From positions 1,108,575 to 1,172,574 of the forward strand of contig CP070837.1 of assembly GCA_020341815.1 (NCBI GenBank): a DNA stretch of 64,000 bases, read 5' to 3'. Of the stretch, positions 51,001 through 63,000 are shown in pieces; the stretch's first letter is position 1, and each line of letters opens with the position of its first letter. The position numbers and the translations under genes were made by a program. Source of the DNA: Candidatus Omnitrophota bacterium (GTDB lineage: Bacteria; Omnitrophota; Gorgyraeia; JAFGHF01). The notes under the pieces are model-generated. The model worked only from the letters and a program-made list of their open reading frames with translations. It was not told the origin of the DNA and ran no database searches.

Positions 51001-54000
51001 AGCTCGGCTTTAATCAATTCGGAGAATTCTTCGCCCGCCCATTCTTGAATAACGTGGCCATTGCCAATAAAACGGATGAAAAGATTCTCTGGGCAAACAG
51101 AGAAATAGAGGGCAAGAAAGAAAAGCTCCTCTGGCTGCCTGCGGACGAATATAAGGTTACAAATAAAAAGGAAAATGTCTCCGACGACGATGAATATTCT
51201 ATAAAAGCGGAAAACGAAACAATAAATATAACCAATCCTCTAATCCACTTCGGCCCCGACGGAAGCGAGCACACTTCTCTCACCGAGAAAATGAGCCTTT
51301 TTGAGAGAACGCTAAGCGGGGAATTTAGCGCAATTACCCCTATTAAGGAGATGAGTTTGGTTGTGGGCGAGGAAGAAGGAATACAGCAGCTGGAAGAAGA
51401 GATTAGTTATTCAGAAAATGGAATTAAACGCACTTATTCTTCCGAAGAGATAGAGGTATATGCCAAACTCACCCCCGGCGGAGGATTCTACCATTATCTC
51501 AAAGGGCACGATGCCAAAGGAGAATTAGGCAAAGGAACATACACAGAGAGCTATAACAATAAGACCCTGGAAAATGAAGGCGCCTATACTACCATAGTCG
51601 AAGGCGACTTAAGGATTCAGGGAATAGATGAGGCCTTCAGGGTGCTGCCTGAGAAAGGCTCCGGCGGCCAGGGCAAGCCTATCGTAGAAAGAGTAGAGGT
51701 AGAAGTAACCAAAGCATTTGCGGAAATAGACAATGTGCTTATCGGCCGCGCAACCAGCGGTAAGCTTTCCGCAGATTTCAAACCCTTTATGGGTGCCAAT
51801 GGCGAAGATTACCTCAATCCTTTATTTGACGCCCGAGGGGTAACGGAAAAGATAATTATTGGGGCGAAAGATAAGCTTTTCCATTATCTCAGAGAAGAAG
51901 AGGAAACAGGGTTCGTAGGCAATCCTTATGATGAGGAAGTAAGCTTTGTTGTCAATCATCCCTATGATACAAATGCTATAGAGATAAGCAATATTCAAAA
52001 GGGCGAAACAGATGACCTTGAGCTTTATCAAATCAGGACTTCCTTAATATATGGGCCGGTTACCCAGGCCACACGTAATTTAGTGGTAAAAGGTGGCTTG
52101 ATAGATGACAAGGAAAGCAAGACCTATATTAAAGCCCAGGAGCGTGAGGATACTGTTGTTGACGGCGTAGCCAAAGAGCATAACTTTGCCCCGGATAAAT
52201 GGCATGAGCTTATCTCACAAGACACCTATTCGACATCTCCTTTATGGCTAAGCATTAAAGACCCCGACTCAGAAGAAGTCTTCTTATTGGAATATCCTTT
52301 TTCAAAGGTCTATTCTGCAAGGTCGGTGCCTGTTGGCGAAGCAGAGAGGATTGTAATAGATTTTTCCGAAGTGGAAAAGGCAGCTGGCCAGAAAGATGCA
52401 AGCCTTGCCCTGATTAACTATATTAAGGCAAAGGTAGCAAATGTTGCCGATAAGGCATTGGAAGAGTGCTCCAAGGATTTGCCTCTTTCCGTTCGTCAGG
52501 AAATCGCCCAATATTTAAGAAAAGCTGTAGCAGAACTGCCCACAGTTCTAAATGACTTTATCCAGCAGCGCGCTCATCTGCAGCTTTTTGCAAAAGTCAT
52601 TGAAGCGAAAAATCCCGACTTTGCTAAGTGGCTGCTTAATAATAAATTCGGCGCCGAACTGAGAGAAAAGCTTCTGACCCTTACGCTTTTGGCGCAGACT
52701 CCGTATCTTAGGCCTTCTCCGGATAATAGCTGCGTGGCAATTACCGCTTTATTTGCCGTCCTTGATGAGAAGCTCGGCCCCGCCAACTTATTGTTTAACG
52801 GCGCAGTTATATGGGATTCGCCCAATCCGGAAAAAGACCAGCCCGGCCACATTGCTCCTCAATTTGCTAATTTCTTCAAACCCGGCTCGCCGATATTTGT
52901 CTTTGAGGGCGCTTACAGAAAGAGCGGCAACTTCAATTTGATTCATCCGGTAACGGGCAATTATTACGGCAAGAAGTTCGGGCCGGCCTGGGTGCTGAAC
53001 GAAAACGGTGAGCAGGTCTTTATTACTGCCGGCACTACTTATGCCCAGGGCTTAAAAGGTGTGCCTTACTATTGGGGCCTGACCAATAACTTCTTTGGCG
53101 AGAAAGCCTTAGGCATTGTGGCGGAAAGATTAAAGACAAAAGAAAACAGAGAAAGCGCCGTAAGCGCCCTTTATTATTTAGCCCTTAACTCCCCGATGAG
53201 CGCAAGCAATAAGAAGGGAATCGAGATTTTACTCGAGGCAAAGGACGCAAGCCCAGCTAAATTAAACAGGTTCTTCGTAAGCACATTCCGCGGAAAATAC
53301 TCCTTCGGTTTTATGGGCTTACCGGATAAATCCACTTCCTTCAGCTCTTACGGCTCGCCTGTGGTGCATACAGATGAAAACGGCGTGATTATAGATAAGG
53401 AGACAATGGCCTTTATCTTTACCTGCAAAGAGGCAGAGAGATATTCAAAAGAAATCCTCTATATGCAGCTTTCCGGAGTTAAAAAACAATTAGGCGAAGC
53501 GCTTGAAGATATGTCTGTGGAAGAGCAGACAGAGGCAATTAGAGAAAAGATAACCGAATATTATGTAGTTGGGCCCGAAGACAATGAGGTATTAGAAGCA
53601 ATAACGCCTGATATTACGGATTTCTTAAGAGCAGAAGGCTCAGAAGAAAAAGAATGGGATGCGGTTTCTGAGATGGTCGGGAAAATAGACGGCCCTCTCT
53701 TTGACTTCAAGCAGATAGTGATGCATGCTACCAGAGAAGGCAACGAAGGAAAAGTAGTTGCTTCTCTGGAAAAAGACGGCAATAAGCACATTACAGAAGA
53801 TTATGTTGTCACCCTTACGGAAGGCCTGATTAATCCTTCGGCGGAGTCGAAATTGCCCGCCTTTAACATGTCTAAATTCGAGACGGCCTCAGGCAGTCTG
53901 CCGGCCCCTACAAAGAGCAAAGAAGGCAAGCAGGGTAAAGAAAACCGTCCGGAAGGGGATTATGAACTTGCTGTTCAGAAGTTGTTCTTTGGTGAAGAGA

Positions 54001-57000
54001 CCTCACCCTGGACCAATCTTTACACGCTCCTTAAAGGAAAAGTAGCTTTTGGGCCGGAATGGTTTTATGTTGCCTCCGGTTATTTAGACGAAGGAAGCTC
54101 GATAACCTATAAGGCCGCCAAGGGTACGACCTTTGCCCATCCTTTCTTAGGGCCTGTGGCCTTAGAGAAGGCAAACAAGATAAAAGTAACTTATGCCAAA
54201 GAAGAAGGCAATATTGTCCCCACCACCTTATTCTCAAAGAAGGGAGAAATTGCCCCATACCTTCCTTTAATAGAGCTTGCCCAGAGCCAGCCTCGCGAAG
54301 GAGAATCTCAAAAAGAATTCTACCTCAGGGCCTGGCATGGCGGCAAATGGACAGTGGACAAAGAAAAACAGGACGGCAAGGACTACAACGTCTATTATCC
54401 AAAGAAGGATGTCTCTCTTGGCGTCTCCGGGGCAATGGTCTTATCTAACGAAGGCCCGGTATATTACAGCCCCGAAAAGGTTTATTATCACAAGTCAAAC
54501 ATTAAAGGATTAGAGGGCATGATTGCCACCTTTAAGGCGGATTCGGTATGGGATGAGGGCAGTTTCAATTTGGTTGATGCTAATCTTAAGAATCTACCTT
54601 CTATGAAATTTGACGTCTTCCTGCCCCAGTTTGATAAAAATTCAAAGCCGGCATTATCAGTAGAAGAGAGAGACCTGAGATTAATCGGCCTCACCTTTGA
54701 AGAATATGATGCAAACCCCACTCACGGCCCGCGCACAGAAATGGGCTTTAACGACCTGCAGGAAGAAATATTTGCGCGTTTATGCGCTTCTGCTTCTATA
54801 GAAAAAAGAGATCTGGACTTAATCGGCCTCACCTTTGAAGAATATGATGCAAACCCCACTCACGGCCCGCGCACAGAAACGGGCTTTAAAGCTCTGCAGA
54901 TGGAAACTTTTGCGCGTTTGTATGCGCTTATTCAACCTCCTTCTGTTTCTATTCCAGAGCAGACAGGTAAGAGGCCATACACAGATGAGGCCCTTGAGTT
55001 TGCAGCCGAGCAGGTAACCTTCTTGAACTTATCAAGCAATCCTGCGCGCGCTCACGGAAAAGTATCCCGCGCTGCCTTTATCAACCGCCCGCTTAGCTAT
55101 CTGATAAGCGCTGCCGGTGTGGTTCCTACAAGTTTGAATTTTATAATGAAAGGCCCGCTTAATGACCAGGGCAGGCACCGCTATAGCTTCTCTAAAATTG
55201 CGCCTAATTACAATCAGCACAGCGGCGCTGCTGTAATATATACTTATATTTACCCTGTCGACGCCAACGGCAATAGGGTTGAGAATATGGAAGACTGGTA
55301 TCCTCAAGTTTATCCCGGGTTTTACGCTTCCTCAGGAAAGTTCTATTTTGGGAATGGACAATGGACAGGAAATGAAGGCAATGCGAGAGGGTTCCATTAT
55401 ACTTATTCTAAAGAAAATAATTTTGAGAGCATAGTCGGGCTTAAATATGTTCAGCAGCTGGACGGCCTTCCTGTAACAGGGGCTTACCGCATGCAAGAGC
55501 ATGATGTGCCCATTGTTAAGGGTATGCCGGTTTCTGTAAAAGGGGATGAGATCTATTATAATGGCGCAGGCGATGTTTATCTAAATGCCAATAAGACGCA
55601 CTTTGACCTATATGCCCAAGGCGAGCAAACAGGTTTCAGCGGGATTGTTGTTACAGAAAATAAGACGCTTAGTGAAGCAGACGAAGAAAGAATCCGCGGA
55701 GCTTTGATAAATGCCGCAATCTTCCCTAAAGATGGTGGTTTCTTTTCCCAGGCCCTGCTTAATTTCGGCGAAGGCGGAATATATCACCCTGTTGTCAATG
55801 TAAAAGGCGAGAGTAAGAATATTTATCCTGAGCTAACACTTGGTGAAATAGCCGCAGGCTTCAGCGAGAACGGAGTTTACAATTTTACCGGCTTAAAGGA
55901 TTACCGAACCCAGACCGGCTTTGCCTTTACCTCACCTATTGCTACAGGCACTCCCAGGCAGCATGCTCTTAGCCCATACTTTAAATCCCTGGCAATAAAT
56001 ATCCCCGGCGGAAAAACCCTTGAAGTCGGCGATAATACTCTTGTTGGCAAGGTTGTGTTTGATGAAGATGGGAAGATTACAGATGGCGTGTTAATGAATA
56101 AAGCTTCCGATGCCTCCGTCTTATATCAATATCTTTGCGATGAACTTGTTGCAGAACTCGCTCCTAAAATAGGCACAAGATTTGAAGATTTAATGGATGA
56201 AAAAACATTTTCAGAAGAGTTAAAACGGCAATTAGGTTATAAGGAAAATAAATTAATTTCTGCATTCTTATATATACCTCGCTTTTTAGGATATGCTCCT
56301 TCCAGAAAAGATATCCTGGATGCAAAATATGTCGGCCCGTTGGCAAATGGCATAAATAATATTTTAGTCTTCAGAGAAGATGCTATTTTCGATAAGCAGT
56401 TTATAGTTGTAATTGGCCAGGATTCCAAGATAATGGTCAGAGAAATATTCGGTGAGATAAAGCCAGGGATACTTACCCCCAGCCTTTTACGTATTGTTGA
56501 TGAATGGAATCTTTCGCCAGACAGGCATCATATTATTGACGTAACGAAGGGTGATTTTATCTATGTGCCTGAAGAGGGCATAGATTTGGGAGACGGCTAC
56601 CGGCTTTTCCCCGATACCCTTTTCTCCGATGAGAAGATATTGGCGCCTACAGCCGATGGGGTAGAAGAAGTGGAGTATTTAGGGGGTAAATATTATTTTG
56701 CCGGACATAAACTCTCTGAGCTAGGCCCGGCCTACTATTATGATTATGCAATACGTCCTCGGGATAAGACGACGGCAAGACTGTTGGGGAGAATAATAAA
56801 GAAAGGCGATCCCGACTTTGAATTGGTAATGGGTGAAAGCAAAACCATAGACGGCGTTGAGTTTAGCCTCGATATGGAAAACAATTTCCTCCTTAAAAAA
56901 GGAGAAAAGACTTACAGAGTTGCAAACGGCGGTATTAATCTTTATAAAATCGAGGATAAGAAGATAAAACAAGATTATGCCTTAAAGTCTGGCTCGAAAA

Positions 57001-60000
57001 TGCTGGTTACCGAGGAAAGCAACGTATATTTGATGGACGAAAAAGGCGATATCGAATATTACGGCAATCTTGCCAATTTGCCGGACGGAACTATCCTTTA
57101 TTCCCCGGATAATATCTTTAAATTTGAAGTAGAACAGCATGGCTCCTGGTTCGGCGGACCGGAGTTAATATTCGCAGGGATTAACAGACCGGATAAATTA
57201 AAATCCGAGATGGACGGCTACACATTCTTAAATGTGGCAGGTATTTTCAAAAACGATGCGCACAGAGCTTTATACAAATATATGCAGGTCAAGAATAAGA
57301 CCGTCTTCAAATCCGATAACCTTGCCAGATACAAATGGTTTTTACAGGGTGACGAAGGTGAGGAAACAGGGTTTAAGATTGAATCCGAGTCTATGCTCAC
57401 ACAGATAAACTCTTCAGCCTATTTGATAGCTTCCTTGGAAAAAGCGGTTAAGGCCGGCAAGATTGACGGGGCCACGGCTTATAAAGTATTATACAATACC
57501 TTGCCCGAAGGCGTAGTTAGAGCGGCGTTTTCTCCTTCCGATTTAAAAGTTATTGACCGGGGAGATTATATAGATATGGGAGTTAAGCTTGGCGTAACCG
57601 CGCTTGTTTTACTCCCCGGTATGGCAGCTCAGCATGTTATGGCTGCTAAATTACTTTCTATCGGGAAGGCAGCAGCAAAGGAAACAGCCGCCACCGTATT
57701 TGCCCAGCAGGCTTTAACTCCAACAGCCCTGGCTTTTCAAACCTTAGGCGTCTTAGGCGCCGGCGGAGCAATCTTCTTTACGGCAGACAATGTCCTGAGC
57801 CTGTCTTTCCGGGGCAGACTGCTGCGCGGAAAAGAAGCGGCCCAGTCCGTTGTGGATGGTATTGGGGCAGCAGGACTTACGCTTGGCATATCGCAGCTTG
57901 CAGGCGCAGCTTACCTTAACAGATACGTGCTCGGCCTCGGCGGCGTAGAAGCGTTGGCGGAAAATCAACAGGCGGCAAATCAATTGGCCGAATTCCTGTA
58001 TTCTCATACCACCAAAGCAGCAGGCACCAATAAAGTAGCAACTATGATTGGAGATAAGCATTTCGCCAATGTCTTATTTGGCGATGGCCTGTGCGGTTCG
58101 CTTGCCCAGAGCTTCAGCAATACATGGTTAGGCAAATATACCATGTTAAGCATTCCTAAGATCTTGGCTAACTCGGTCGTCTTTTCTACCTCATTCTTCA
58201 AAAACACAGCTTATGAAGGCCCGGCTGTCTTTGCCGCCATGGTAGGGCCTTCGTTCACTTTAATAGGAGCGCCGTTTAATTACGTAAGGAACAGGCCTAT
58301 CTGGGGTGTTAATCCATATACGGGCGCCCCGCAGAGCTTGGCGCCGGCATTATGGCGTAGTTTCTGGAGCAGCGGTAAACATGGTATATATGGCGGACAC
58401 CTCATTACTGCATTATGGAATCCGGGCATAAACTCCGGCGGATATTTTGAGTGGTTAGGCTATCATATGGGTCTGTTTGAGCGCACTTACAAGCACTTAG
58501 AATTGCTCGGCAGCCCAATGAACGTTAAGGAGTTTATAGCAAAAGACTTAGCCACTCTTGCTAAGGATGCATTGGCCGTAAATAGGTTTATTACCCTGCC
58601 CGGAACATTTTCTGGCTTCCTCAGCAGTATGGATAAGTTCGCAATGTTCGCTTTTAATACCACGTTAGGAGAAATTGCAATAAATGAGCTATTGCAGAAC
58701 GTAGTTCCCTTGCATAAGTGGTATTATAAATGGGCGCATGGTAAAGACCTTCCTTATTATGAGGAAGCCCAAGTAAGGGATGTATGGGCTTCTGCCGGAG
58801 GCTACTGGCTTGCTTTATTATTCCCGCATGGACCCAATGACCCTGTATTTGCCGCCTACAATAAACCCGCCTTAAAACCTATGAAGAAAGGCCTTAAGGC
58901 ATTAAATCAAAAGGACTATTCGAAAGCGGAGAAGTATTTTTCCGAGGCCGCAAAATGGAGCCCTCTTAATGCCCAAATCCATAATTATTTAGGTGCGGCC
59001 CAGCAGGGCGCAGGCTATACAGATCAAGCCATCGGTTCATTTAACACGGCGGCAAAATTAGCCGCCAAGAGCACCCAGCCGGGCAGCGCGAAACTGCAGG
59101 ATAACGCCGAATATGCCAGATTGAACCTGAGGGCCCAAAATGCGCTGAAGGATGGGAAATTTAAACAGGCAGAAAGATTATATCAGAAAGCAATAAAGAA
59201 AAATCCTGAGGCAGGCGAGAATCACTATAACTTAGCTATAGCTCAGATGAATTTACATCGGCCTGCGGATGCCGTAAAGGATTCGTTTGCCAAGGCGGCT
59301 CAGTTGGCATATAAGGCAGGAAATAAAGAATTAAGAGACGGCGCGATTTCTAATTATTTGAAGGTAAAAGCAAGCGCTGATTATGCAGGAGCGGAAAAAT
59401 GGTTGACTAAAGCAGCCAGGATTAGCCCTACGGCAGAGAATTATGAGCTGTTGGGAGATATACAATTAGGAGCCGAGAAGATTAAGGAAGCAAAGGCTTC
59501 ATATACTATGGCCCTGGAAATTTTAAGACGCACAAACGGCAAGGGTGATTTCGGGTTAAGACTTAAAGGAAAAGTGCTTTTGGTTGGAAACATAAATCCT
59601 TCAGACTCATCGCCGCTTGGTAAGAAAATTAAAAAAGCTAAAATTGACTTACATAAGGCAAATACGCAGGGTAATCCTGCTGTGGTAGGCGATAAAGGCA
59701 TAGGCAAAGGCGATAAAGGTAGTCAAGATATACTTCAGGCTATAGAATTTGCTTATAAGCATTTAGATGACACAATCTTGAATCCTCAAGGTTCAAATTA
59801 TACCCCAAAGATGAAAATCTTCGGAGGAATAAATCCTCAACAGGCCAAGGATAATCCAGCGCTTGTCGCAAAAGAAAAGAAAGCAGTTGCTGCTGCAGGT
59901 TTGCGAAATAGAGTTACGCAGGGGCTTCAAGTAACAAATACCCAACCAATCATCATCCTGCCTAATTATAACCCGCTAACCAAAATCCTCGGCGGAATAA

Positions 60001-63000
60001 ATGGCAATGATGCGCAGAAAAATCCGGAGCTCGCCAGAAAAGAAAAGGAATTAGCGGCCAGGGAAGAGGCAAGAAGATTCTTCCAATCTTGCCATAACTT
60101 GATGGGAGATAAAACTAAGAAGTATAGTGTGGATATGGAAAAAGTGCAGATAGAAGCTGCACTTATTTTGACAAAACCTATTGGCGAGAACAACAGAGGC
60201 CCTTATACAAATGTAAATAATGCCGGAGGAAAGACGTTTATTGTTACCGAATCACAGCTGTATTTGATGCTCCGTTATGGATATAATGCAATAATATTGA
60301 CAGCAAACGATACATTGTCTCCTGCTTACACTGACGAGGACTCTGCACCTGGCATGAGATATTCTCAAAGAGACTTTGTGCAAAAAATCGGTGAACAATT
60401 TGGCCGTAATATAAGTATTGAGGATTTAGATGTATTATATAAAAAGATACATATGCTGGAAAGCAAAGGGGATATTAAAGGTGCTAAGGAAGCAGTTAAG
60501 CAAATGGCAGAAATCTTGGCAAATAGAGATATATTGAAGGTTATATCAACAACAACCAGAGGATACTTAGAGCATATGGCAGAAGGATATCTTGGAGAGA
60601 TCCCGGGATTATCGGATGCCCTTAATATGCTAAAAAATCCTGACAATAGCACCAGTATAATGGTTGATGAGATTGATCAAATTGGAACGGAAAACAGACA
60701 ATTTACGGTTTCTTCCAAAAGCAATCCACTTAAGGAGGGTACTGCTGAACAATTGCGCACTAAAGAATTGACAGAGCAAGCCTTTAATTTAGCGCAAGAG
60801 AGCATTAAAGCTAATGAATTTAAAATGGTAAATCTTCTCGAATCTCAGGAAGGCCAGGAGAGTTATGAAGAATTAGCATCTAAAGGAATCCTGACGGGGT
60901 ATATGGACGGGATGGCAGGAACAGGAAATATTACCAGCGGCAGGCTACTTTTATCAAAGGCTGTTTTTGAGAAGTTTAATCAGTATCCCAAGGGATTAGT
61001 GCAAAGTGTGTTTGAAGGGATATTTTATACATTTGGTTCCAAAGATTTCTTGACTCTACATCAGGATGCCGACGGGGCATTGAGATTGGTTGCGGCGGTA
61101 GAGCAAGGAAAAGCAGATTCCAACCTTATTCAATCAAACCTTGCCAGAACAATAGCGGCTACATTGCAATATAATGCTGAGCACGGGGATTATCTATTGA
61201 ATAGATATGGAAAATTACTAGAGGTCGATGATATAAATATAACTACTCAGACAAGTCGCCGTAGCTCTGCCTTGGTGCAGTTTCACGGAGCAAGAGTAGC
61301 CGGCATTACGGCTTCACCTCGGAGTGCGGGACCTGTCTTAGAGTCGAAATTAGGGTTGCAATATATAGGACAGGAAGCCGTATCTGCTGAAGGGACGCCG
61401 CTTCCCGATAATATTAAATTCAAGGTTGTCGGTAAAATAGATGCAGAAACACTTGCAGATGAAATCCAAACTTTAAGTGACGCAAGAGGGACTTTAATAC
61501 TTTTCCCTGAGACCAATTCTGTAAATCATACAAACCACGAATTTAACAAGTTAGGCAAAGAAACAAAAATCTTTAATAGTGAACAAGCAAAGGAAATGAG
61601 GAGAAGTAAAGGAGACATTATTATATCAGGACCAGAAGCCGGACGAGGTGTTGACTTTACAGATAACCCCGATGTTATTATTAATAATGGACATTTGGTG
61701 CCGAGAGAAGAAATTACCCATTGGGTATACAGGACTAATAGGAATCAAGAATTGTTGCAGCAAGGCCAAAAAGGTAAAGTCATTATTATAATGGAAAAAG
61801 ACAGTTTGGAGGAAATGTTTTCTAAGGGCGAAGCAAAACTTAAAGAATTAGCTAAAAATGGCGAGGGTGCAGACTTATTCCCTAGCGATTTATTTGATGG
61901 TGTAGAAAAAGGAGTAAGCACAAAAGATACTTTAACCAAGATACAGAATAATCCTGATAGTGCAGAATCGCAAAAGTTAGCGCGTGCATTATGGGAAAAG
62001 GCAGGTCGATATGCCGAAGCTATAAAAGTTTCTCAAAGTGCCGATAAAGCAATCGCTAATCAATATTATGAATCAAGGATATCCGAGCCCTTACAGTTTT
62101 ATAGAAGTGAAGGGTTTAGTGAAGGGGATGTTAAATTTGCCGTACATATGATTAATCGGATCGAAAGAGGAGAATATTCAGATGTGCCAGAGCTAAAAGA
62201 CAGTCTTCTGTCGCGAGCAGAAAGAATACGCTTGCTTTCCGAAGCATCCTGGAAACAGACAGTGAGACTGTTTCAGGATATGCTAGCCTTACAAATAGGA
62301 GGTAAAGGCTTAAGTGATGAAGGGAAGCTTTTGATAGAAGCCGAATTGACATTTGCTGAGCAGCAAATGTCGAATGAAGCAACGCAATATGGACATTTAT
62401 CTTTGGTGCCAAAAGATTGGAATGCCTGGCGTAGCCCCGTACCGCGGGCAAGTCAATTTAGAACACCGGACGGAGCAGTTGATATAGATAAGTTTATTCA
62501 GGCAAGTTCCCTTATTCACAATGACATTTTAATTATTGCTAAAAACCTTGGGAAGAAAGTTGTTCCTTCTCGAATTGTAGAGAGCAATTTGGGGGACAAT
62601 GTTTCTTCTGCAATAGGCAATTCTGCAGAAAAAGTGATGCCGGAACTCCGTTCAAATGCAGACCAGCCAAAGATTCCTACGCAGAGCGAAGACTTATTAA
62701 GGCGTATGGATAAAGCTATGGTGAAGAATAGACCGGCCGATTACGACCAGAAGAAAGCAGACATTAAAGAATGGCTTGATAAGAGTGGTTCAAGCGATGA
62801 TATAGTTTTTCCGGGTATTGTAAGAGGCGTTGCAGCCTTAACCCGCGCCAGCAAAGAAGAACGCAAAGATATAAATAAAGGGCTAAAGGAAATAGATCCT
62901 TTGACAGGAATTACTCCTCTTTCCGAAGACGGGCGGGTAACAATGCTTGAGGCCTTTGAATTTATGAAAGGGCTAATGGATGCAGGCACATTGAATATGA

